This document shows positions 1 through 15,835 of a stretch of DNA of 15,835 nt, piece after piece; the first letter of the stretch is position 1, and the number at the start of each line of letters is the position of its first letter. The stretch is from Eledone cirrhosa. Taxonomy: Eukaryota. A program made the translations under genes and the position numbers. The stretch covers positions 1 to 15,835 of the forward strand of contig CAXHJY010001133.1 in assembly GCA_964016885.1 (NCBI GenBank), written 5' to 3'. The notes under the pieces are model-generated. The model was not told the origin of the DNA. It did no database searches and saw only the letters and a list, made by a program, of their open reading frames with translations.

Positions 1-1918
<1,918 letters not shown>

Positions 1919-1920
<2 letters not shown>

Positions 1921-2718
1921 TAGGAACCAGTAAGACCCCGACAGCTGAGCTCAAGCCGTTTCGACGGCTAATTCTGGACTAAATGAACATTTATCCTGGT
2001 ATTTAAATAGCCGATCTTCTCAAGGGGTAATTCCATATATGGTCAAAGTGATTGTCAAAAATCAGTAGTAATTCTGTGGTTGCAAATTAGTAGGGGAGAT
2101 GGTGGCTAAACCTGCCAGTAGGAGAAAGAGGGGAGGGGGTGGAGTAGACCCAATCAAGCGTTGGTAGTGCCAGCTACAGCTGGGCATGAGGTCAAAGAAG
2201 ATACAGGGGAGGGGGAGGAAGTCGGAACGGTAGGTAGAACAATGGGGGGTAGAAATAGGAAAGAAAAAATACTGAGAGTGAAGAAAAGCAAATAAGTGTA
2301 AAGAAAAAATTAAATTCTACGACCTAGGTGTCAGGCTATTGTTAGGCGAGAATAAAATAAAGAAAGAAAGAAAGAAGTAAATAAATGAATAAATAAATAA
2401 ATAAGGAAATAAGTAAAAGAACTAGGTGGGACGAATTAGGCAAGGACCCTTTTAAGAGGTATAAGTACGTAAATGATACGGTGACTGGTCAACAAAAGGG
2501 GCCAAAATACTAAAGAGACTACCACGAAATAAACAATAAAGGTTTCCATCCCGGGCCAGCAACGACCCAGTGCAGCAAAGTGAACTTGTACGACATAATA
2601 ATTCTGAGTCCCGAGAAAAATATATACTAATGCTAACTCTAAAAGATCTAAAACAAGCTACATGAAAGTTCGTACGAAATAAAGGTAGAATACGGAGAAA
2701 TAAGTTCAGAATCCACCC
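1919..2718 (-). repeat. Inverted copy of the element 3' region (inverted pLTR-like arm)
   Basis: Reverse complement of 5279-6084 (and 8809-9614). It differs from 5279-6084 only by loss of one TCCCCC unit (6 bp, near 2205-2218). It joins the sense copy through the shared pentamer CACCC (2714-2718). Confidence 0.97.
1935..2028 (-). ncRNA. Type I hammerhead ribozyme (copy in the inverted arm)
   Basis: Exact reverse complement of the HHR at 5975-6068. Confidence 0.85.
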
Positions 2719-2723
2719 GCACC

Positions 2724-4877
2724 ATGCGAAAACACAACATTGACTTCTCTACCAAGAACATCCCAATCCCACCGAAAAAACTTTACCTTCGGATGCTCAC
2801 GCAAAAAATTGATCTTTTTGCGAAAAGACTTAGATGGAGAACTTTTTTCTATGACAGATATTGCGACAACCAAGACTTCGGCACCAAGGAGAGATTCGGA
2901 TTTATTACCTACAAATCTCCGCCCCTGAACCCCTTGCTCGCACCCTTCGAGAATGACCTCTTCCAACTGGTCAAGAACATTAAATTTAAACCCAGACACA
3001 ACCGATTCCTACAAAAACTCCGTAGCAACCTAACAGAGTATGATAACACAAATGACATCATGGTGCATTCGGATAAAACTGGGAACCTATACTTTGTCAA
3101 CCCTGACAGATACCACACACTGATCAGGAGCAGCCTAAACTCCACCTATAAAAAGGCCAACCACTCTTGCATCGAGGACATAAATCGAGATGGACAACAA
3201 ATCACCTCCAGCCTCGGGGTCGCCGACCGCACGGAACCTCTAGACCCACGGACACCATAATTCACACTGAAGGACCATAAATCCGATTTTGACCGTAAAC
3301 CCTCCATCAGGCTTATTAACCCAACGAAGTCCGACATAGGGAGAATCAGCAAAAAAATCCTAGACCGCGTGATACCAAAAGTCAAGCAACACACCCGACT
3401 TAGCCTATGGATCAACACCCAGGAAGTAATCTCCTGGTTCAGCAATATGGAGGATAAACGAGAAACTAAATTCATACAGTTCGACATAGAGAGCTACTAT
3501 GCTTCAATCACCTTACCGCTACTTACTGCCGCCTTGGACTTCGCCGAAACACTCGTGCCCATCACCGACCAGGAAAGAAAAATCATCCTCCACGCCAGGA
3601 AGACAGTCTTACTCTTTGACGACTCTAAATGGATAAAAAGAGCTCCCGACTCACCCTTCGACGTCAGCATGGGCGCCACGGATTCGGCGGAGGTCACTGA
3701 TCTTATAGGATTATTCCTAATAGCCAAACTCACTGATATGTTTCCTGCATTCGGTGGTGGATTGTACCGTGATGATGGGCTCCTTACCCTTAAAGGGTAC
3801 AACCCCAGTAGTACAGATCGGGTCCGGAAACAATTAATCAGATTCTTCCGCGACTGGGGATTTAAAATAACCCTACAAACGTCCCTGACCCGAGTAAACT
3901 TCCTGGACGTAACCCTCGACCTCGAAAACGACCTGTACTACCCATACAGGAAACCTAATGACAATCTGCACTACATCCACCGCCGATCAAACCATCCTAG
4001 GAACATCACAAACAACCTGGTCAAAAACATCTCCCTCCGCATATCCCGTTTGTCAGCTAATGAGCGGATATTCGATGAACATGCGCCTTATTACAACCAG
4101 GCCCTCAAGCGGAGTGGTTTCCGGGAGGAAATATCCTACTGTCCAGATCCCATTAGCGGAACCAGCAGGAGACACCGCCGCTCACGCAATGTAACATGGT
4201 TCAATCCTCCCCACAACGCAGAGGTGACTACTCCCATCGGGAAACTATTCTTTAGGCTCATTGAAAAACACTTCCCATTACAACACCGCTACCACAACAT
4301 AATTAACAAAAATACCATCAAACTCTCTTACAGCACTACACCAAACTTCGCACAAAACATCGTCTCCTCAAACAACAAAAAACTCAACCCCGATGGCAGA
4401 AATAACCTAAATAGCAGTGGAGAACCGACCAGGAGGTGTAACTGCCCGGATAGATCTATTTGCCCACTCGACAATAGATGCAGAGACCGTAATGTGATCT
4501 ACCAGTGCAACGTGAGGACGGATACCTCCAACAAAGCCTATATAGGACTTACCGCATGTGACTTCAAGACCCGGCTATACCAACATAGACATACCTTCCG
4601 AAACCCGGCCCGCCGTCACGCCACTACACTTTCGGGCCACATATGGGACCTCAAGGACAACAACATCACCTATGATCTCACTTGGAGATTACTGTCCAGA
4701 GCCAATTCTTACACGGGAGGACGCCGTCCGTGCAATTTATGCTCGGAGGAAACTTTACAAATGCTGTTTTCGACGGACCAACTCCTAAACAAGAAAGATG
4801 AACTGGTTACTGCATGTAAACATAGATTGCGTAGGACTTACCTCGCCCTCAAACCCCATAATGACCCGGGGGGGTAG
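2724..4877 (+). pseudogene. PLE RT-GIY-YIG polyprotein, copy 1 (717 codons, nonsense Y179* at 3258-3260)
   Basis: ATG in ACCATG context. The 178-aa and 502-aa track ORFs are in one frame separated by TAA, which is TAC in copy 2. RT motifs: SDKTGN, IRLINP, FDIESYY, MGATDSAEV, YRDD (3765-3776), NFLDV. Linker CNCPDRSICPLDNRC (4437-4481). Endonuclease VIY...YIGLT...KTRLYQH...HIW...CNLCSEE...LLN. Confidence 0.93.
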
Positions 4878-6253
4878 ACTAGGGCTATAACACCCCAGTT
4901 GCCGATTTTGCAATGGGTAACCCCTGCTTGCCAAGGAAGACGTAAGATCTTCTTTGTATTCTTTTATCGCATCCTTTATTTCCTTCCCCCCTTCTCCTTT
5001 GTCCTTCTACCCCAGCTCTTCTCCTTTGTCGGCGTCTTTTCTCGCCCACCCGAGGCTGCCCTTTGGCCCCATGTAGCCTTAGTACCCCCACTCCCCCCTC
5101 CCCTAGTCTTTGATAGATTTGGCGGACTCCGCCCTTTATAGCAGTTGGCTTAGACCCCGGATACTTGCCCCCCTTTTCCGACCGCTCCCACTATTCTCTG
5201 TGCCCTCTATATTTCTTAGTGGCACTTATGCCTTATTTTTTCGTTTCAGTATTTCTTGCTTCGCTTTTCTTCTGGGCGGGGTGGATTCTGAACTTATTTC
5301 TCCGTATTCTACCTTTATTTCGTACGAACTTTCATGTAGCTTGTTTTAGATCTTTTAGAGTTAGCATTAGTATATATTTTTCTCGGGACTCAGAATTATT
5401 ATGTCGTACAAGTTCACTTTGCTGCACTGGGTCGTTGCTGGCCCGGGATGGAAACCTTTATTGTTTATTTCGTGGTAGTCTCTTTAGTATTTTGGCCCCT
5501 TTTGTTGACCAGTCACCGTATCATTTACGTACTTATACCTCTTAAAAGGGTCCTTGCCTAATTCGTCCCACCTAGTTCTTTTACTTATTTCCTTATTTAT
5601 TTATTTATTCATTTATTTACTTCTTTCTTTCTTTCTTTATTTTATTCTCGCCTAACAATAGCCTGACACCTAGGTCGTAGAATTTAATTTTTTCTTTACA
5701 CTTATTTGCTTTTCTTCACTCTCAGTATTTTTTCTTTCCTATTTCTACCCCCCATTGTTCTACCTACCGTTCCGACTTCCTCCCCCTCCCCCTCCCCTGT
5801 ATCTTCTTTGACCTCATGCCCAGCTGTAGCTGGCACTACCAACGCTTGATTGGGTCTACTCCACCCCCTCCCCTCTTTCTCCTACTGGCAGGTTTAGCCA
5901 CCATCTCCCCTACTAATTTGCAACCACAGAATTACTACTGATTTTTGACAATCACTTTGACCATATATGGAATTACCCCTTGAGAAGATCGGCTATTTAA
6001 ATACCAGGATAAATGTTCATTTAGTCCAGAATTAGCCGTCGAAACGGCTTGAGCTCAGCTGTCGGGGTCTTACTGGTTCCTATTACCCACTCTACTACTT
6101 CAAGTATTGAGTACTTTGGTGCGTTATGGTCCACCTGGTTCCTTACCACATTTCCTTCGTTATCTAGCTCCTACTCCCGTAGTAGAGCACTTTCCGACCC
6201 TACCACGCCGTATCCAGACTTTTCCGCTAAGCTCAATTCATTTCACCCGCACC
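4878..6253 (+). other. Non-coding inter-ORF region: pyrimidine-rich 3' UTR of copy 1, HHR, and 5' leader of copy 2 (pLTR region)
   Basis: Lies between TAG 4877 and ATG 6254. T/C-rich, with (TTTA)/(TTTC) runs at ~5593-5645. Repeated at 8408-9693 and partly inverted at 1919-2718. Confidence 0.85.
5975..6068 (+). ncRNA. Type I hammerhead ribozyme, U3-A8 core variant, predicted cleavage after GUC at 6063
   Basis: Stem I ACCCC(5975-79)/GGGGT(6064-68). Core TTGAGAA(5980-86). Stem II GA(T)CGGCTA(5987-95)/TAGCCGTC(6033-40). GAAA(6041-44). Stem III ACGGCT/AGCTGT around palindromic TGAGCTCA. GTC triplet at 6061-63. Confidence 0.87.
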
Positions 6254-8407
6254 ATGCGAAAACACAACATTGACTTCTCTACCAAGAACATCCCAATCCC
6301 ACCGAAAAAACTTTACCTTCGGATGCTCACGCAAAAAATTGATCTATTTGCGAAAAGACTTAGATGGAGAACTTTTTTCTATGACAGATATTGCGACAAC
6401 CAAGACTTCGGCACCAAGGAGAGATTCGGATTTATTACCTACAAATCTCCGCCCCTGAACCCCTTGCTCGCACCCTTCGAGAATGACCTCTTCCAACTGG
6501 TCAAGAACATTAAATTTAAACCCAGACACAACCGATTCCTACAATAACTCCGTAGCAACCTAACAGAGTATGATAACACAAATGACATCATGGTGCATTC
6601 GGATAAAACTGGGAACCTATACTTTGTCAACCCTGACAGATACCACACACTGATCAGGAGCAGCCTAAACTCCACCTACAAAAAGGCCAACCACTCTTGC
6701 ATCGAGGACATAAATCGAGATGGACAACAAATCACCTCCAGCCTCGGGGTCGCCGACCGCACGGAACCTCTAGACCCACGGACACCATACTTCACACTGA
6801 AGGACCATAAATCCGATTTTGACCGTAAACCCTCCATCAGGCTTATTAACCCAACGAAGTCCGACATAGGGAGAATCAGCAAAAAAATCCTAGACCGCGT
6901 GATACCAAAAGTCAAGCAACACACCCGACTTAGCCTATGGATCAACACCCAGGAAGTAATCTCCTGGTTCAGCAATATGGAGGATAAACGAGAAACTAAA
7001 TTCATACAGTTCGACATAGAGAGCTACTATGCTTCAATCACCTTACCGCTACTTACTGCCGCCTTGGACTTCGCCGAAACACTCGTGCCCATCACCGACC
7101 AGGAAAGAAAAATCATCCTCCACGCCAGGAAGACAGTCTTACTCTTTGACGACTCTAAATGGATAAAAAGAGCTCCCGACTCACCCTTCGACGTCAGCAT
7201 GGGCGCCACGGATTCGGCGGAGGTCACTGATCTTATAGGATTATTCCTAATAGCCAAACTCACTGATATGTTTCCTGCATTCGGTGGTGGATTGTACCGT
7301 GATGATGGGCTCCTTACCCTTAAAGGGTACAACCCCAGTAGTACAGATCGGGTCCGGAAACAATTAATCAGATTCTTCCGCGACTGGGGATTTAAAATAA
7401 CCCTACAAACGTCCCTGACCCGAGTAAACTTCCTGGACGTAACCCTCGACCTCGAAAACGACCTGTACTACCCATACAGGAAACCTAATGACAATCTGCA
7501 CTACATCCACCGCCGATCAAACCATCCTAGGAACTTCACAAACAACCTGGTCAAAAACATCTCCCTCCGCATATCCCGTTTGTCAGCTAATGAGCGGATA
7601 TTCGATGAACATGCGCCTTATTACAACCAGGCCCTCAAGCGGAGTGGTTTCCGGGAGGAAATATCCTACTGTCCAGATCCCATTAGCGGAACCAGCAGGA
7701 GACACCGCCGCTCACGCAATGTAACATGGTTCAATCCTCCCCACAACGCAGAGGTGACTACTCCCATCGGGAAACTATTCTTTAGGCTCATTGAAAAACA
7801 CTTCCCATTACAACACCGCTACCACAACATAATTAACAAAAATACCATCAAACTCTCTTACAGCACTACACCAAACTTCGCACAAAACATCGTCTCCTCT
7901 AACAACAAAAAACTCAACCCCGATGGCAGAAATAACCTAAATAGCAGTGGAGAACCGAAGAGGAGGTGTAACTGCCCGGATAGATCTATTTGCCCACTCG
8001 ACAATAGATGCAGAGACCGTAATGTGATCTACCAGTGCAACGTGAGGACGGATACCTCCAACAAAGCCTATATAGGACTTACCGCATGTGACTTCAAGAC
8101 CCGGCTATACCAACATAGACATACCTTCCGAAACCCGGCCCGGCGTCACGCCACTACACTTTCGGGCCACATATGGGACCTCAAGGACAACAACATCACC
8201 TATGATCTCACTTGGAGATTACTGTCCAGAGCCAATTCTTACACGGGAGGACGCCGTCCGTGCAATTTATGCTCGGAGGAAACTTTACAAATGCTGTTTT
8301 CGACGGACCAACTCCTAAACAAGAAAGATGAACTGGTTACTGCATGTAAACATAGATTGCGTAGGACTTACCTCGCCCTCAAACCCCATAATGACCCGGG
8401 GGGGTAG
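6254..8407 (+). pseudogene. PLE RT-GIY-YIG polyprotein, copy 2 (717 codons, nonsense K98* at 6545-6547; 605-aa open remainder from 6590)
   Basis: Same motifs as copy 1 (YRDD at 7295-7306). TAA at 6545 corresponds to AAA at 3015-3017 in copy 1. Confidence 0.93.
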
Positions 8408-9504
8408 ACTAGGGCTATAACACCCCAGTTGCCGATTTTGCAATGGGTAACCCCTGCTTGCCAAGGAAGACGTAAGATCTTCTTTGTATTCTTTTATCGC
8501 ATCCTTTATTTCCTTCCCCCCTTCTCCTTTGTCCTTCTACCCCAGCTCTTCTCCTTTGTCGGCGTCTTTTCTCGCCCACCCGAGGCTGCCCTTTGGCCCC
8601 ATGTAGCCTTAGTACCCCCACTCCCCCCTCCCCTAGTCTTTGATAGATTTGGCGGACTCCGCCCTTTATAGCAGTTGGCTTAGACCCCGGATACTTGCCC
8701 CCCTTTTCCGACCGCTCCCACTATTCTCTGTGCCCTCTATATTTCTTAGTGGCACTTATGCCTTATTTTTTCGTTTCAGTATTTCTTGCTTCGCTTTTCT
8801 TCTGGGCGGGGTGGATTCTGAACTTATTTCTCCGTATTCTACCTTTATTTCGTACGAACTTTCATGTAGCTTGTTTTAGATCTTTTAGAGTTAGCATTAG
8901 TATATATTTTTCTCGGGACTCAGAATTATTATGTCGTACAAGTTCACTTTGCTGCACTGGGTCGTTGCTGGCCCGGGATGGAAACCTTTATTGTTTATTT
9001 CGTGGTAGTCTCTTTAGTATTTTGGCCCCTTTTGTTGACCAGTCACCGTATCATTTACGTACTTATACCTCTTAAAAGGGTCCTTGCCTAATTCGTCCCA
9101 CCTAGTTCTTTTACTTATTTCCTTATTTATTTATTTATTCATTTATTTACTTCTTTCTTTCTTTCTTTATTTTATTCTCGCCTAACAATAGCCTGACACC
9201 TAGGTCGTAGAATTTAATTTTTTCTTTACACTTATTTGCTTTTCTTCACTCTCAGTATTTTTTCTTTCCTATTTCTACCCCCCATTGTTCTACCTACCGT
9301 TCCGACTTCCTCCCCCTCCCCCTCCCCTGTATCTTCTTTGACCTCATGCCCAGCTGTAGCTGGCACTACCAACGCTTGATTGGGTCTACTCCACCCCCTC
9401 CCCTCTTTCTCCTACTGGCAGGTTTAGCCACCATCTCCCCTACTAATTTGCAACCACAGAATTACTACTGATTTTTGACAATCATTTTGACCATATATGG
9501 AATT

Positions 9505-9598
9505 ACCCCTTGAGAAGATCGGCTATTTAAATACCAGGATAAATGTTCATTTAGTCCAGAATTAGCCGTCGAAACGGCTTGAGCTCAGCTGTCGGGGT
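9505..9598 (+). ncRNA. Type I hammerhead ribozyme (copy 2), predicted cleavage after 9593
   Basis: Identical to 5975-6068 at offset 3530. Confidence 0.87.
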
Positions 9599-9690
9599 CT
9601 TACTGGTTCCTATTACCCACTCTACTACTTCAAGTATTGAGTACTTTGGTGCGTTATGGTCCACCTGGTTCCTTACCACATTTCCTTCGT

Positions 9691-14313
<4,623 letters not shown>

Positions 14314-14381
14314 GGACGTAAAATAAGAAAATATTTTTTAAAAAAATTAAAAAAAAAAATTTTTTTCTTACTTAAATTTTC

Positions 14382-14463
14382 ACTCCAACTAATTAGTTTC
14401 TGCAATGGGATAAAGACAGTTATGTAATCCAACTGTCGAGAATTCATTGCGTCATCAGGAAGT
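14382..14463 (-). ncRNA. Type I hammerhead ribozyme, minimal palindromic stem III, predicted cleavage after GUU (between 14387 and 14386)
   Basis: Minus strand reads ACTTC-CTGATGA-C-GCAATG-aattctc-GACAGTT-ggattacat-AACTGTC-tttatcc-CATTGC-A-GAAA-CTAATTAG-T-T-GGAGT. This gives stem I ACUUC/GGAGU, a canonical core, a two-part stem II with a C-A mismatch at its base, and stem III ACU/AGU within the palindrome AACTAATTAGTT. Confidence 0.85.
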
Positions 14464-14921
14464 CTATTCTCAGTTAAGTCTCCAGGCAATGCGCGGACAC
14501 TGGCGGCTCATATAAAAATAATAATAATTCGGTAAATCGAACAGCTTGCGAGGACTGGATTCTATGTACCGAAATTCTCACTGCTTCAAGTCAAATGGCC
14601 GATTCTAAAGAATCAATCACGTGACACAGAGGCTAGTTAGAAGGAATGGGATGGTAAGATGACTGACGCCTACTAACACCCCAAAAAAAATTTTTTAGAA
14701 GTGGTTTTGACAAGTTTGCTCGACAAATCAGTGATTTGGAGATAAATATAGATAATTTAATATATCAACTAACATAAGCGCACAGATGCACGCCCATGCC
14801 AGCAAATACACAGGTTATGTAATAGTACCTAGGTGGTTCAATGCAGGAGAATGCAGAACAATAATATAAAGGACGTAAAATAAGAAAATATTTTTTTAAA
14901 AAAATTTAAAAAAATTTTTTT

Positions 14922-15095
14922 TCTTACTTAAATTTTCACTCCAACTAATTAGTTTCTGCAATGGGATAAAGACAGTTATGTAATCCAACTGTCGAGAATT
15001 CATTGCGTCTTACTTAAATTTTCACTCCAACTAATTAGTTTCTGCAATGGGATAAAGACAGTTATGTAATCCAACTGTCGAGAATTCATTGCGTC
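14922..15095. repeat. 86-bp tandem duplication inside unit 2
   Basis: 14922-15009 equals 15008-15095, overlapping at TC. It creates an extra HHR half (14938-15009) lacking most of CUGAUGA and the 5' strand of stem I. Confidence 0.93.
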
Positions 15096-15105
15096 ATCAG
15101 GAAGT
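15024..15105 (-). ncRNA. Type I hammerhead ribozyme (unit 2 copy)
   Basis: Identical to 14382-14463 at offset 642. A third copy starting at 15588 is truncated at 15649, before the CUGAUGA box. Confidence 0.85.
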
Positions 15106-15649
15106 CTATTCTCAGTTAAGTCTCCAGGCAATGCGCGGACACTGGCGGCTCATATAAAAATAATAATAATTCGGTAAATCGAACAGCTTGCGAGGACTGG
15201 ATTCTATGTACCGAAATTCTCACTGCTTCAAGTCAAATGGCCGATTCTAAAGAATCAATCACGTGACACAGAGGCTAGTTAGAAGGAATGGGATGGTAAG
15301 ATGACTGACGCCTACTAACACCACAAAAAAAATTTTTTTAGAAGTGGTTTTGACAAGTTTGCTCGACAAATCAGTGATTTGGAGATAAATATAGATAATT
15401 TAATATATCAACTAACATAAGCGCACAGATGCACGCCCATGCCAGCAAATACACAGGTTATGTCATAGTACCTAGGTGGTTCAATGCAGGAGAATGCAGA
15501 ACAATAATATAAAGGACGTAAAATAAGAAAATATTTTTTTAAAAAAAATTTAAAAAAAAAAAAAATTTTTTTCTTACTTAAATTTTCACTCCAACTAATT
15601 AGTTTCTGCAATGGGATAAAGACAGTTATGTAATCCAACTGTCGAGAAT

Positions 15650-15835
15650 CCAAGTTATGTAATCCAACTGTGCGCTTATGTTAGTTGATATATTAAATTA
15701 TCTATATTTATCTCCAAATCACTGATTTGTCGAGCAAACTTGTCAAAACCACTTCTAAATATTTTCTTATTTTACGTCCTTTATATTATTGTTCTGCATT
15801 CTCCTGCATTGAACCACCTAGGTACTATGACATAA
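15650..15835 (+). repeat. Patchwork of short direct and inverted fragments of the 556-bp unit
   Basis: 15653-15671 repeats AGTTATGTAATCCAACTGT. 15668-15759 is the reverse complement of 15337-15428. 15757-15835 is the reverse complement of 15458-15536. Confidence 0.92.

Larger units (their letters stand above)
2714..6163 (+). repeat. Direct repeat copy 1 (offset 3530 bp to copy 2)
   Basis: Aligns without gaps to 6244-9693, with 10 substituted bases found by eye. 6164-6243 is present only once. Confidence 0.97.

Noticed and set aside
3258-3260. TAA read as a sense codon (alternative genetic code) or programmed readthrough
   Set aside because: The two TAAs are at different positions, each one base from the sense codon in the sister copy (TAC, AAA). 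Simple substitutions explain them.
2706-4788. Short antisense and alternate-frame ORFs over the RT ORF (and their duplicates at 6270-8318)
   Set aside because: Shadows of the main ORF with no recognisable motifs. They recur only because the DNA is duplicated.
4861-4910. Possible SECIS element near the stop codon (ATGA at 4861)
   Set aside because: I could not build helix II with a matching GA quartet and apical AA, and the ORF has no in-frame TGA to recode.
4885-5545. 68-126-aa ORFs in the 3' UTR (also 8415-9075)
   Set aside because: The + strand ones have non-ATG starts and F/L/S/P-rich composition, and the minus-strand one is the R/G-rich mirror. Both are expected from a pyrimidine-rich strand. 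No domain recognised.
6107-6253. N-terminal extension of the ORF upstream of ATG 6254
   Set aside because: Open in frame from a TTG but with no ATG. ATG 6254 has a good ACCATG context and precedes the first conserved-looking motif. A spliced upstream start cannot be excluded.
14533-14545. Pol III B-box-like GTTCGATTT on the minus strand of the 556-bp unit
   Set aside because: Imperfect match and no convincing A-box or tRNA fold upstream.

Overview
Eukaryotic repeat-rich window with no ordinary host gene. About 6.5 kb is interrupted (TA)n microsatellite (1-1920 and ~9691-14313), and two kinds of element end in it. (1) A Penelope-like retroelement (PLE) insertion at 1919-9693, probably of the Naiad type. 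It comprises an ~800-bp inverted 3' arm followed by ~1.98 head-to-tail copies of a 3530-bp unit. Each unit has a 717-codon RT + Cys-linker + GIY-YIG ORF broken by a different single TAA, a ~1.1-kb pyrimidine-rich 3' region and a type I hammerhead ribozyme (HHR) with a U3-A8 core variant. (2) A non-coding ~556-bp tandem repeat at 14307-15649, with a rearranged end to 15835. Each unit carries a different minus-strand type I HHR fold (CUGAUGA...GAAA, palindromic stem III), so it looks like a non-autonomous retrozyme-like element. All three element ends that touch the TA tract are 3' ends lying 21-100 nt past a predicted HHR cleavage site and joined through TA-like microhomology. This suggests an autonomous/non-autonomous pair sharing one (TA)n-primed integration route. 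All folds and alignments were done by eye.
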